Position numbers and translations under genes: made by a program | Shown here: positions 38,895 through 51,978 of the stretch, piece after piece | Numbering within the stretch: position 1 is the first letter of the stretch | How the letters are laid out: every line of letters starts with the position of its first letter | NCBI GenBank assembly: GCA_002269645.1 | Contig: NIVC01000738.1 | Location: 391,516 to 455,515, forward strand | Length of the DNA stretch: 64,000 nucleotides | Reading direction: 5' to 3' | Source: Macrostomum lignano | Taxonomy: Eukaryota | The notes under the pieces: generated by a model | What the model was told of the DNA's origin: nothing | Database searches by the model: none | What the model saw: the letters and a program-made list of their open reading frames with translations, nothing else

Positions 38895-39686
38895 TCATAC
38901 TTGTCGTATGTGAAGATTTATAAATATTTTCTCGCCATCAAAGTCGTAGAGTACACCAGACTCATCTTCGATGACAAAGTCGAATGTACTCAACATGTTT
39001 GTAGTTAGTGGTAGGTACACAGGATTTTCAGGCTCTTGAATAATTTTACTTCCCATTGGGACAGAGAACGATGGAATTGAAAGAAGTATTTGCTTATCAA
39101 TTAAATGATTTCCATTAACTGGATCAGTGATAAAACCCCCTTTGATATTGAGACAACGAACCATGATCGCACTTCTAGCGCCGTCTATCCGAGCTGGATT
39201 TGGAGCTCTCTCAAATGGTTTCAAATACACTTCCGAATTGAATCCCAACAGTCTTCTAAAGTTATTGGAATGTGCATCCCTGAAATCAACTTGATAATCT
39301 GTGGCTAACCGTAACTCAACTCTACGCGTGTCTAGGCTTGCACTGAAGACAATTGCCCCCTCTTTCCAATCATTTGCAGCTGTTAGCAATCTTTGAATCT
39401 CGCTTGACAGACTTTTAACTTCCCAACATCCCGCTTGAATCTGTAACTTTTTCCATGTTCTACCACTATCCCTCGAGTATCGCAACTCATTATTGCCTCC
39501 TTCAATATTGTTAATGGCATCAAAGACTGCAAACTTTTTTATACCAGCTTCGTATTCTCGATCTTCATAAAGATTTATAGGAGTGCCTAGAGTTTGTCGA
39601 AATGGGTTTTTTATTGAAAAGAAGTCAAATGTGCGTTGAAATTTTTTACTCAAGAGGATGTTGACTTTTTCTATTTCTTTTTCCAT
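38895..39686 (-). CDS. Polinton/adintovirus minor capsid protein (penton), intact 263 aa
   Basis: PINL..YEAGI..NNIEGGNNELRYS..GRTWK.LQIQAGCWE..YQVDF..LLGF..GSKIIQEPENPVYLPL..EDESG..YDFDGEKIFINLHIR pattern. Confidence 0.8.
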   Translation of the reverse strand: MEKEIEKVNILLSKKFQRTFDFFSIKNPFRQTLGTPINLYEDREYEAGIKKFAVFDAINNIEGGNNELRYSRDSGRTWKKLQIQAGCWEVKSLSSEIQRLLTAANDWKEGAIVFSASLDTRRVELRLATDYQVDFRDAHSNNFRRLLGFNSEVYLKPFERAPNPARIDGARSAIMVRCLNIKGGFITDPVNGNHLIDKQILLSIPSFSVPMGSKIIQEPENPVYLPLTTNMLSTFDFVIEDESGVLYDFDGEKIFINLHIRQV

Positions 39687-39756
39687 TTTTAAGCAAGTAA
39701 TTCTGATAACTCTTTATCAACATTATTATGTCCTTCTGACTTAGCTGCTATTAAAG

Positions 39757-40411
39757 TTAACACTCTTTCACTGAGTCCAGATCCCGGTTTTCTCGATATC
39801 CTGGTGGATTATCTTTCAATATCCTTACTGCTTGCTTATAATTCCCACTTGATTTGGCCGCTGGATTTTTACAATATTCTATGAGGTTAACATAATCCTG
39901 CAATGTTTGCATCTTGAATTGCTTCAGCTCTTCACCATTTTCAGTTACTTTAGGCATTTTGAACAACTCTTCAAGATCTTCAGAAAATGGTATTCGGAAT
40001 TCGTTGACAATGATGTCCCGACCTTGTTCATGGAATTCAACATCTATTACAGATGATCCAAATATATATCCAGCATCAGTTTTTTGAATCCGTATACTAG
40101 GTGCTGGTCTTTGAGTTATTGGAATCTTTCCAATTTCTTCAATTATTTTGTCAAATACTTCTAGAGGTTCAAACCGTCCTTCTGTTGTACTTATTTGCGG
40201 AACTGGAACTTTTTGATACTGAAGTTTATCAACAAGGTTGGCATTGACATCAATAAATTCATCAAGCTTTTCTGTGACAGGTTTTTGAGCTAATGGAGCC
40301 ACTCTTGCATATAAACTCTCTTCTCTAATTTTAAAATAGCGTTGAGCATCATTTCGGGATTTGTACATCTCTCGCTGCTTTGATAAATTGATGAGTTCTC
40401 TTATATATTGA
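39757..40411 (-). pseudogene. Polinton conserved uncharacterised protein, 5' end cut by a Helitron insertion
   Basis: N-terminal coiled region and ..EELFKMP..TLQDYVNLIEY resemble a conserved Polinton ORF. It sits in a co-oriented viral gene cluster. ORF bases 40412-40503 are Helitron sequence. Confidence 0.5.
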
Positions 40412-41104
40412 CAAGCCGTTGAAACCCGCGGATTTTGAACCCGGGGAATTCCAATACCCGGAACTACTTTTGCATGTATTCTGAAATCTAAGGCCATACA
40501 CAAACAAAAACTTGTTAATAGTTAGTAGGATAGAGGTAGATATAAAATGGAGCACATTCGTGTAGGGTTTGAGACATTGTTGGCTGGGGTACTGCGCAGA
40601 ATGTCAGGCAATGTCTGTCTGACTCTAAAACATATATTGCTAAACTCTGGTCTCTCCCTGACTCTCCCTACGTCCCTTGGATCCTTTAAAATTTCTATCG
40701 TCTATTTGTTTCCTCTCATCTCTCTCGTCCCTTGTCTCTCCTCTCTCCCCTCTCCCCTCTTCTCTCGTATCTTCCCTCATCTCTCTTCTCTTTTATCTCT
40801 CTTATCTCATCTCTTGTCTCTTCTTTTCTCTCTCCTCTCTCCTCTCCTCTCTACTTCTTCGTTTTCTCTCTCCTCTCCTCTCTCCTCTCTCCCCCTCTCC
40901 TCTTTCCTCTCACCCCCTCTTCTCTCTTATCTTCCTTCTCCTTTCTATTATTTTCTCTCTTCTCTTAACTCTCTCCTCTACTCTCTCATCTCTCCCCTCT
41001 TCTCTCGTCTCTTCCCTCACCTCTTTTCTCTCTCGTCCTTGCTCTCTCATTTTTCCTTTCTCTTCTTTTATATTTTCTCTCTTATCTCTTCTCATTTCTC
41101 TCTG

Positions 41105-41108
<4 letters not shown>

Positions 41109-41195
<87 letters not shown>
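41109..41195. repeat. (CT)n microsatellite in CT-rich low-complexity Helitron body (similar tracts at ~42770-42850 and ~50168-50265)
   Basis: Direct reading. Confidence 0.9.
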
Positions 41196-41202
<7 letters not shown>

Positions 41203-41215
41203 GTCTCTCTGCATC

Positions 41216-41630
41216 CGTGGTCGCATGCTGGCGCACATCGGTGACATCCGGCACACCCGTGACACTCCGGTAGCGCGCCACTTCACCAGCGGTGGCCACA
41301 GTCTGACGGACTTCGCCTTCACCGGCATCTGGACACGCGATGGCACAGGACCCAGAGCTGACGAGCGGCGTCAACGCCAGGAGGCCAAGTTTATCGAGGT
41401 CCTGAGGACTCATGTCTCTCTCCTCTCATGGCGCCAACGAACTTGCCGGCATACTGCACAAACCGGCCATCCCGCTGATCCTGCCCCACTGTGCGACCTC
41501 CCACGCCCTGGCTGCCAAAGTGAAGGACAGGGTGATACGCCACTGCGAGACCCCGGTGCTGCCCGCCTACACCAAGGGGAGAAGCCTCCGGACTCTGCTC
41601 TCTCATAGTCGGCTCGATCCTGCCAACTAG
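41216..41630 (+). pseudogene. Penelope-like element fragments: GIY-YIG endonuclease C-terminus followed by the RT-EN linker
   Basis: [43 protein letters not shown], and IPLILPH..PVLPAYTKGRSLRTLLSHSRL. Confidence 0.7.
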
Positions 41631-42766
41631 GCCCCTTTTGACGCCTGTAAAAAGGCTCTTTTACTGCTATTTTTCCCCTCTGTGATTTTTTCATTGACTT
41701 TATTTTGATTTATTCAGATTATTTATTCTCTGCTTTTTATTCATTTTTCTGACACTGTGTACGGTGCACCTGCATTTTTTGCTCTGAGCATTTAATAATA
41801 ATTTTTATTTACCTTATCTATTTATTTTGCCATTTATTTTTACAATTTTTATTCTACACTCAAAGGTCGTCTAGGCCCACTTGTACAGTTTTAGCCACCC
41901 CCCGCTTTTCTCATAGTCTCGGACTCGTTTTTATGTACTGACCATGCGTACTGTTTTAAGTGCTTGAGCACATCAATTTATCGATCGTCTCTCCCTGGCG
42001 ATATCGCCTTTATATATTGACAAGCTGTTGAAACCCGCGGATTTTGAACCCGGGGAATTCCAATACCCGGAACTTTACTTTTGCATGTATTCTGAAATCT
42101 AAGGCCATACACAAAAAAACTTGTTAATAGTTAGTAGGATAGAGGTAGACATAAAATGGAGCACATTCGTGTAAAATTAGGATTTGAGGAAAAAATTGAT
42201 ACTGTTGGCTGGGGTACTGCGCAGAATGTCAGGCAAAATGTCTGTCTGACTCTAAAACATGTATTGGCAAACTCTGGCCTCTCCCTGACTCTCCCTACGT
42301 CCCTTGGATCCTTTAAAATTCCTATCGTCTCTTCTGTTTCCTTTCTTCTCTCTTATCCCTCGTCTCTCCTCTCTCCTCTCTCCTCTCTCCCCTCTTCCCG
42401 TATCTTCCCTCATCTCTCTTCTCTTTCATCTCTCTTATCTCATTTCTTGTCTCTTCTTTTCTCTCTCCTCTCCTCTTTCCCCCTCTTTTCTCGTCTCTCC
42501 CTTCTCCTCTCTATTCTTTTCTCTTTTCTCTTAACTCTCTCCTCTACTCTCTCATCTCTCCTCTTTACTCTTTCCTCTCTCTCTCTCTCCTCTCCTCTCA
42601 TCTCTTCTTTCCTCTCTCCTCTCTCCCTTCTCCCCTCTTCTCTATTCTCTTTCCTCACCTCTTTTCTCTCTCGTCTAGTTGCTCTCTCATCTTTCCTTTC
42701 TCCTCTTTTATATTTTCTCTCTTATCTCTTCTCATTTCTCTCTGTTCCCCCTCCCTCTCTCTCCCT

Positions 42767-42850
<84 letters not shown>

Positions 42851-43832
42851 TTCTCCCTCTCTCTCTCTTTTATCTCTTCTCTCCCATCTCTCTTCTCCTC
42901 TCTACTCTCTCCCCTCTTCATTGTCCTATTTCCTCTGCTCTCTCCCTGTCTCTGCTCTCTCCTCTAGTCTCTGTAATCTCTTCTCTCTTATCTCTCCTCT
43001 GTTCTCTCTACTCTCCCATCTCTCATCTTCTCTCTCATCTGTCATCTTTACTCACTTATACATTCTCTCACTTATCTCCTCTGTACTCTTCTCTTTCACC
43101 TCTTCTGACTCCTCTCTTTCCTTTCTCCTCTCTTCTTTTCTCTTCCTTCTTCTATACTCTCTCTCCTCTATTATTTTCTCTCGTCTCTCTGCACTCTCCT
43201 CTCACCTTTTTCATCTCTCATCTTTACTCTCTCATCTCTCCTTTCATCTGTCTCATCTCTGCAATCTCATCTCTTTCCTCTCTTCTCCTCTTCCCTTTAC
43301 TCTCTCATCTCTCCTTTCTCCCCTCTTCTTACACCCCTCTCTTATCTCTATCTCCTCTCTTCTCTATCCTTTCTACTCTCTACTCTCTAATCTCTCCTCT
43401 CCTATTGACCCTGTCCTCTTCTTTCTGCTCTCCAATCTCTACTATCTTCTCACTCTTCTCTACTCTCCTCTCATCGATCCTCTGTCTCATCTCTCCCCTC
43501 TTCTCACCTTTACTCTTTCCTCTCCCTCCTTTCTCCCCTCCTCTCGCTTCTTCCTCCCTTCTTCTCTGCTCTCTCCTCGTCCTCATCACTTGTCTCTTCC
43601 TCTTACTCGTATGTTCAATGTTTTCTCATATCCCCCTCTCGCCTCTCCTCTCTTCTAATAGTCTATTCCTTCTCCTTTCCACTCTCATCTGGCCCGCACA
43701 TAAGCTGGATTCTTTATCTGGCTTTTGAAGTAAAAATCTGCCCATTCCTGCTTGGAAAGCCAGTTTGTGGGACGTAGTACTCTCATGGCTGTTCTCATGC
43801 TTTGATCATGAGACAGTGCATGAGCCACTTCA

Positions 43833-46800
43833 ATGGCGTCGCGACTGAACGAGTTGCAACTCGAGAAACCCGAGCAGGCTCTGACCTGGCTGAAGGCTTT
43901 CCAGGCGTTGGCCCGTGCGAAAGGCTGGAAGGATGAAGGCAACGATTTTGCAATTGCGAACAATTTCCTGGCTACATGTGGCCTCAGTGCCTTTGAGAAA
44001 TTAGAAAGCCTGGTGGCTCCAAAAAAAATCGAGACTTTGAAGTTTGCGGATCTAGAAAAAGCACTTCTCTCGTATCTCCGACCGAAGGAGAAACTGACTG
44101 TTGCGGAACGCACGCGGTTTTTTCATGTGCGTCAGCGGCCTGATGAAACGGTTTGCGATTTTCTCTCGCGCCTTCGCACTGCGGCCACGGACTGCAAGTT
44201 TGACGAATTGCGGTCTTGTGCAAGTCCTGCCGAGGAGCTGATTCGACTGGCTTTGATTTCGGGAATGCGAGATCATCGGACTCAACAGCGTATTTTCGAA
44301 ACAATGCAAACTGACGACATGTCAATTGAAGACATTGTGGATTTTGTCCGCAACCAGGAGCAAGTGGCTGCTTTTATTGTCTCTACCGGTGCGGATGCCA
44401 ATAGCGTTCAATCTAACAGTGCTACTGCCTCTACGAGCATTTCCTCTGCAGCTACGGATGCTGGCACATTGCATTATTCCCAGGCCAGCCACACAAAGAA
44501 ATCAGATGGCTATAAACGTGTTGTTACGGACTGCAGGTTCTGTGGGAAATCACACCCGCAAGGCAAGTGCCCGGCATTTGGTAAGACATGCACGAAATGT
44601 TCCAAAAGAAATCACTTTAGTGCAGTTTGTCGCTCGCAACCATCAAAATCCGTGCACAACGTTTCCGAGACTGAGACCTCTGCAGACGAGGGTGCCACCC
44701 TCCCATCAACGGATGTCTTGCATCTCTCCGATCCACATTCGGTTAATTCCGTAGATATCGTTACCGAAAATCTCCTTATCAACGGCCGTCATATCGCCAT
44801 GCAGATTGATACGGGAGCCTCTGTGTCCGTTCTTTCCAGTACCCTCTGGGAATCGCTTGGCCGACCCACGCTTCAGAAGTGCACTCGCCGACTAGAAGCC
44901 TACGATGGTCATGCTCTTAAAGCGCTCGGCAAACTGTGCACCACCGTTGAGATGAATGGTCGCCTCCATCCCGCTGAACTCATGGTAATATCCTCCTCTA
45001 AGAAATACGGACTTCTCGGCCGAGATCTGCTTGAGTCAGAGAGACTATTCCATGTGTCTGTGCCTACATCTGCGACTGCGCCGCAGATAGTTGCGCCTCT
45101 ACCGACGATCAAAGGAGTTAAGGCCACGATGGAACTTGTTGCTGGAGCGAAGCCTCGTTTTTGCCGTGCCCGAGCTGTGCCAATTGCTCATGAGTCTCAA
45201 GTGAATGCGGAACTGGACCAGCTGCAACAGCTCGGCGTAATTGAGCCTATCGATGGTCCAGTAGAGAATGCGTCTCCAGTTGTTTGGGTCACAAAAAAAG
45301 ACGGCACTTTAAGGATGTGTGCGGACTACAAGGTTCATGTTAATTCCAAAATAAAATCAGATTCTTATCCTATCCCAAACATCGAGGGGATGTTCGCTAA
45401 ACTAAAGAACGCCAAAAGGTTTGCCAGCATTGACCTACGATCAGCGTATTGGCAGATTGAGTTAGATGAGGCGGCTCGTGATCTGTCCGTGATAAATACA
45501 TCACGTGGTCTGTACAGGGTGAATCGATTGCAAATGGGTATGAGGAACGCCTCTTTCATTTTTCAGCGCACAATGGAGGCTATTCTATCCGACTTGAAAG
45601 GGCTGCTGATTTACCAAGATGACATTCTTGTATTCGCTGATAACCATGACTCCTTGCAGAAGCGTCTGATGGCAGTCAAGAAACGCTTGGAGGAGAAGCG
45701 CGTTACCATCAACGAGGCTAAGTGCATTGACTACTGTGACGAGATTTCTTTCCTAGGCTTCAAGATCTCCGCCGCTGGCATTCAACCTGATGATCGCCTC
45801 GTTGAAAAGGTTCGCCAAATCGCTACGCCCGCAAACAAGCAAGAGGTATCGCAGTTTCTGGGTCTCGTCAACTTTTTCGGCCGACTAATCCCAAATTTCA
45901 CCGCTAAAACACGCGCGTTAAACAATCTTCGCAAGGCTAGCACAGCGTTTGTCTGGGATTCCCGTTGCTCTGAGGAATTTGAAAATCTGAAGCGTGAGAT
46001 TAGCTCCGCTCCTGTCATAAGGCCGTACAGTTTAGAGAAACCAGTCACTTTGACTACCGATGCCTCCAAATGTGCCGTGGCTGGCGTACTCACGCAGGAA
46101 GGACATCCCATCATCTATGTTTCGAGAACGTTATCAAAAGCTGAGGAAAACTACTCAAACATTGAGCGCGAGGCGCTTGCAGTTTTCTGGGCAATCAATC
46201 GCCTAAGACAGTACCTCCTAGGAAGAAATTTTACTATCCAGACAGATCATCAGCCGCTACTTCGCCTCTTTGGTGGCGAGGTGCCCACGCACACCTCGGC
46301 TAGAATTGGTCGCTGGGCGCTTGCGCTTATGCAGTATGACTTCCAAATTCAATATGTTAGTGGTCCTCAAATTCCCCATGCCGACGCACTATCCCGCCTG
46401 CGTTTCACTAAAGCGTCGCCCGATCCAAAGGAAATTTCTGATGCGATCAACTGCGTGGTATTCGAAACCTCAACCATTGACTCTAAGCGTATACTGGCGG
46501 AGATGGATTCTGACCCTCTTGTTCAGAAGATAATTCAGCGCGTGCGCTCTGGAGACTGGTCGAAGTGCTCTCAGGCGGAATCCCCATTCAAAAAAGTCGC
46601 GGATCGCCTCACTATGGAAACTGGCCTGCTATTCAAGCAGAGACGCATCTTTATTCCGCCTCGCCTACGTCTCGAAGCCTTTAACACTATTCACGACACA
46701 CACTTGGGCGCGCAAGCCTCTTACAATCTACTAGCCTCATCGTGTTGGTGGCCTGGGATGCGGCTTGATGTTGAACAATTTGTGCGTCGATGTTCTGGAT

Positions 46801-46844
46801 GCAATCAGCTACGACCGCGACTGCTCAAAGAAAGAGACACTTAG
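43833..46844 (+). CDS. pol: Gag-Pol polyprotein (Gag, zinc knuckle, PR, RT, RNase H, integrase Zn-binding region), prematurely stopped
   Basis: C-C-H-C knuckles, DTGASVS, DLRSAYWQ, YQDD, TTDAS..EREALA..TDHQPL, H..HLG..WWPGM..C..C. Confidence 0.92.
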   Translation: MASRLNELQLEKPEQALTWLKAFQALARAKGWKDEGNDFAIANNFLATCGLSAFEKLESLVAPKKIETLKFADLEKALLSYLRPKEKLTVAERTRFFHVRQRPDETVCDFLSRLRTAATDCKFDELRSCASPAEELIRLALISGMRDHRTQQRIFETMQTDDMSIEDIVDFVRNQEQVAAFIVSTGADANSVQSNSATASTSISSAATDAGTLHYSQASHTKKSDGYKRVVTDCRFCGKSHPQGKCPAFGKTCTKCSKRNHFSAVCRSQPSKSVHNVSETETSADEGATLPSTDVLHLSDPHSVNSVDIVTENLLINGRHIAMQIDTGASVSVLSSTLWESLGRPTLQKCTRRLEAYDGHALKALGKLCTTVEMNGRLHPAELMVISSSKKYGLLGRDLLESERLFHVSVPTSATAPQIVAPLPTIKGVKATMELVAGAKPRFCRARAVPIAHESQVNAELDQLQQLGVIEPIDGPVENASPVVWVTKKDGTLRMCADYKVHVNSKIKSDSYPIPNIEGMFAKLKNAKRFASIDLRSAYWQIELDEAARDLSVINTSRGLYRVNRLQMGMRNASFIFQRTMEAILSDLKGLLIYQDDILVFADNHDSLQKRLMAVKKRLEEKRVTINEAKCIDYCDEISFLGFKISAAGIQPDDRLVEKVRQIATPANKQEVSQFLGLVNFFGRLIPNFTAKTRALNNLRKASTAFVWDSRCSEEFENLKREISSAPVIRPYSLEKPVTLTTDASKCAVAGVLTQEGHPIIYVSRTLSKAEENYSNIEREALAVFWAINRLRQYLLGRNFTIQTDHQPLLRLFGGEVPTHTSARIGRWALALMQYDFQIQYVSGPQIPHADALSRLRFTKASPDPKEISDAINCVVFETSTIDSKRILAEMDSDPLVQKIIQRVRSGDWSKCSQAESPFKKVADRLTMETGLLFKQRRIFIPPRLRLEAFNTIHDTHLGAQASYNLLASSCWWPGMRLDVEQFVRRCSGCNQLRPRLLKERDT

Positions 46845-47623
46845 CCAGCATCTACTTTTCCTTTCCAGCGGATCCACATCGATTGGGCGTATGTAAAGGA
46901 CATTGGAAATATCCTAATTGTCGTCGATACGTTTTCAGGATGGATAGAAGCTTTTCCGTCGCGTGACAGATCAGGAGATAGCGTTGTTCGGTCCCTAATT
47001 ACCGTGTTTTCTCGATTTGGTGTACCCGAACTACTTGTGTCGGACAACGCACCTGAGTTTACTGGTGATCCCCTATCCTCATTCCTACGCGCCAACGGCG
47101 TTCGGAAATTGGAGTCGCCTCCGTACTACCCTCAGGAAATGGATCGGCGGAGCGGGCAGTTCGTACTGTCAAGACGGCGTTGAGAGCGTGGACCGAGCGC
47201 GTCACCCACATGGAGTTTCTCCGCTTCCTTCAGAAGATACTTTTCCACCATCGCAATTCGTCCATGTCCCGAGGTAAATGCCCGGCGGAATAGGTCTTTG
47301 GCAGACGATTGCGCGTGCCCGTAGTTTCACCTTTCGTTCAGGGGGAGACGGTCCACTACAAACCACATGAATCGTCGTCAGGCACCCCCGCGACCTTTGT
47401 GATGACTGCAGGTAGGAACACGGCGTGGGTTCTCGCTGACAGTCGGTTGCAGTTAGCTAGCACTAATCAGCTGGCGCCTCAAAACCAGCCTTCAGACGCC
47501 GATGACGATGATGAAGATGCTGTTCCCACATCCAATGCAGACGTGCCGCCCGATGACCAACAGCAGGCCCAACTGAGACGAAGTTTGCGAGACCGTCGAC
47601 CTCCCGAGAGATTCACCCCATAG
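46845..47623 (+). pseudogene. Integrase core and C-terminus after an in-frame TAG and a frameshift
   Basis: PFQRIHIDWA..IVVDTFSGWIEA..FGVPELLVSDNAPEF..SPPYYPQ, then (shifted) GSAERAVRTVK. Confidence 0.85.
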
Positions 47624-49302
47624 CATTCTCATGAGTTGCAGTGAACAATAACTACCTTGCCTGTTAACAATGAACTGAATAAGAAATGTTTTCCCACTCT
47701 AAAAGTTACTCATGAAATTTTATACTTTATTGATATAACCCATACATATAGGTCATGGTTGTAAGCAGCTTCTGAAGAAGGGGCATGTTGTGCATTGAGA
47801 GAATGCCTCCTATCAACGCGCGCATTGATGTACTACTATTAATTCTCTTACTGACTCTCTCGTTCCCTTCAAGTTTCGCCTTTTGTCTATGTCCTATCTC
47901 TCTACAGGCATTCGTATATTTTAGAGCACCGCTCTCTTGTTTGTTTCCTAAAAGCATGTTTGAGCCTTAAGGCAATATAGAAAACAATAAAGTGCATCAG
48001 CATTAACGCTGCTCTAAGTCTTTGGAGAAGAGTCCACGTTCTGACGACAGTGCATGAGCCACTTCACTATTCCTTCTCCTTTCCACTCTCATCTGGCCCG
48101 CACATAAGCTGGATTCTTTATCTGGCTTTTGAAGTAAAAATCTGCCCATTCCTGCTTGGAAAGCCAGTTTGTGGGACGTAGTACTCTCATGGCTGTTCTC
48201 ATGCTTTGATCATGTCATCTTTCTTGCCAATTTGCAGTCCTGAAAGGAATTTGTGTATTTTTTTAGCTCCACTGCAGTCTGCATCAGTCTAACAATCAAG
48301 GAAATACGCATTTCTTAGGAGGACATTTAAAATTTAAAGTACTTTAAGGAGAAACTTAAAATTTCCATGGTGTGCCTAATTTAGTAGGGTTGTATTGCAT
48401 TGCATCGCCTTTTCATAAATCTTTCACTTTTACAAACCATGCCAGATTGCCTTGATTTGCCAATTGCCATCCAGTGTTAAACTGCTGCAGAGTTTGCCAA
48501 TACGGAGGGGAGGGCAGTGGTTAGAATTTCTCACTAAACTGTTATGGCTAAACGTAGCCTCTCCACTCTCGGGGTGCGAGAAGGCTATAAAAAAGTTATT
48601 CCAAAACACTGTACATTGCCATGTACATTCAGTCCTATCGCCTGACCGTTCGTCTGGCTCTGGGTTGAATGAGTGAGTGGCACAAACAACAGAAAAAGCA
48701 GAAAAACTTCACATGCTTACAGTTTCTTTTTCGGTTGAGTTACAGAGTTGAAACTTTACATTTAGACAGAGAATGGGTCAATGAAGAATTGTGTCAAGTT
48801 TGAAGTCAATCGCTTTACGTGGAGCAAACTTATGGCAGCTGAAAGTTAGTCAATTTTGAAACCCTTTTACACATCTGGGCCCAGATTGGGATCGGGAAAG
48901 AGAGGCAGGCGGGGGGAGGTTGGGGTGGTTGCTACGCTGAAAAAAATAGCCTAACTTTAAAAGTGCACAGCACCGCTCAGGATTAACTTTGAGACTCGAA
49001 ATTTTATTTGATTGCGCCAAAATAGTTTAAGATTATCTGTGTCAAACTTGAAGAGAATCGGTAGAAGTGGAGCGGCGCTATGGAGGATTTAGTGAAAAAA
49101 TCGCGCATTTTGAGCAGTTTTTTGTACTTTTAGGTAGGAAGACTTGAGTCTAGGAAATTTAAAGGTAGCCTAAGACATTCTCCGTAGTAAGTTTAGGGTG
49201 GGTGTAAAGTTTGGTGTAATTTGGTTGAGCGGTTTGGGAGTCTATAGCGAAGTAATTTGTACACAGACAGACACACAGAGTTTTGATTTTTATAGTTAGA
49301 GA

Positions 49303-51784
<2,482 letters not shown>

Positions 51785-51978
51785 CGAGTGGAACTCCTCC
51801 TTCGGAGGAGAAAGGGGAAGAATTCCCATCGCCGGAATTCCATTCCCTGAAATATCCATCAACTGAAATTCCATGTCTTGAACCCTATCTTCCAAATCAT
51901 CTCCAAATCCTCTGTAAAGCCTTTTTGCTCTCCTCTTTGCCCTCTCATCTCTACAGTGTAGTCTCTTATCTCTTCTCT
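51785..51978 (-). mobile_element. 3' fragment of another Helitron-like element (C)
   Basis: Perfect hairpin CTCCTCC-GAA-GGAGGAG followed by TTCCACTCG, abutting the B2 5' end. Confidence 0.5.

Larger units (their letters stand above)
40412..42020 (-). mobile_element. Helitron-like element B0 (family B 3' end, CT-rich body, Penelope fragments, atypical 5' end TCAATATATAAAG)
   Basis: The 3' end CCGCGGGTTTCAAC(G/A)GCTTG|T, preceded by an imperfect GC hairpin, is shared with the copies ending at 42021 and 49303. The 5' boundary is inferred. Confidence 0.55.
43812..48066 (+). mobile_element. Ty3/gypsy LTR retrotransposon with a 21-bp 5' LTR stub and a full 281-bp 3' LTR
   Basis: Stub 43812-43832 is identical to 48046-48066. 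PBS TGGCGTCGCG at 43834, PPT GAAGAAGGGG at 47774-47783, and 3' LTR 47786-48066 (TG..CA). Confidence 0.9.
42021..49302 (-). mobile_element. Helitron-like element B1, interrupted by a gypsy element
   Basis: 5' TCTCTAACTATAAAAATC + GTGTCTGTCTGT + CCAAACCGCTCAACCAAAT head; 3' CTTG. 48160-49302 is similar to 50610-51784. Confidence 0.7.

Noticed and set aside
40382-41982. 12-bp inverted match (GATAAATTGATG at ~40382 / CATCAATTTATC at ~41971) as possible TIRs
   Set aside because: One copy lies inside the Polinton coding sequence, outside the insertion boundary. It is AT-rich and plausibly a chance match.
41930-41990. Hammerhead ribozyme next to the Penelope fragments
   Set aside because: Only a degenerate TTGATG-stem-loop was seen, and the conserved core bases are missing.
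40547-43728. 353-aa, 500-aa and related Leu/Ser-rich or Arg/Glu-rich ORFs (also 49444-50540)
   Set aside because: CT/GA low-complexity DNA rarely contains stops. Only the Penelope-like part has real protein motifs.
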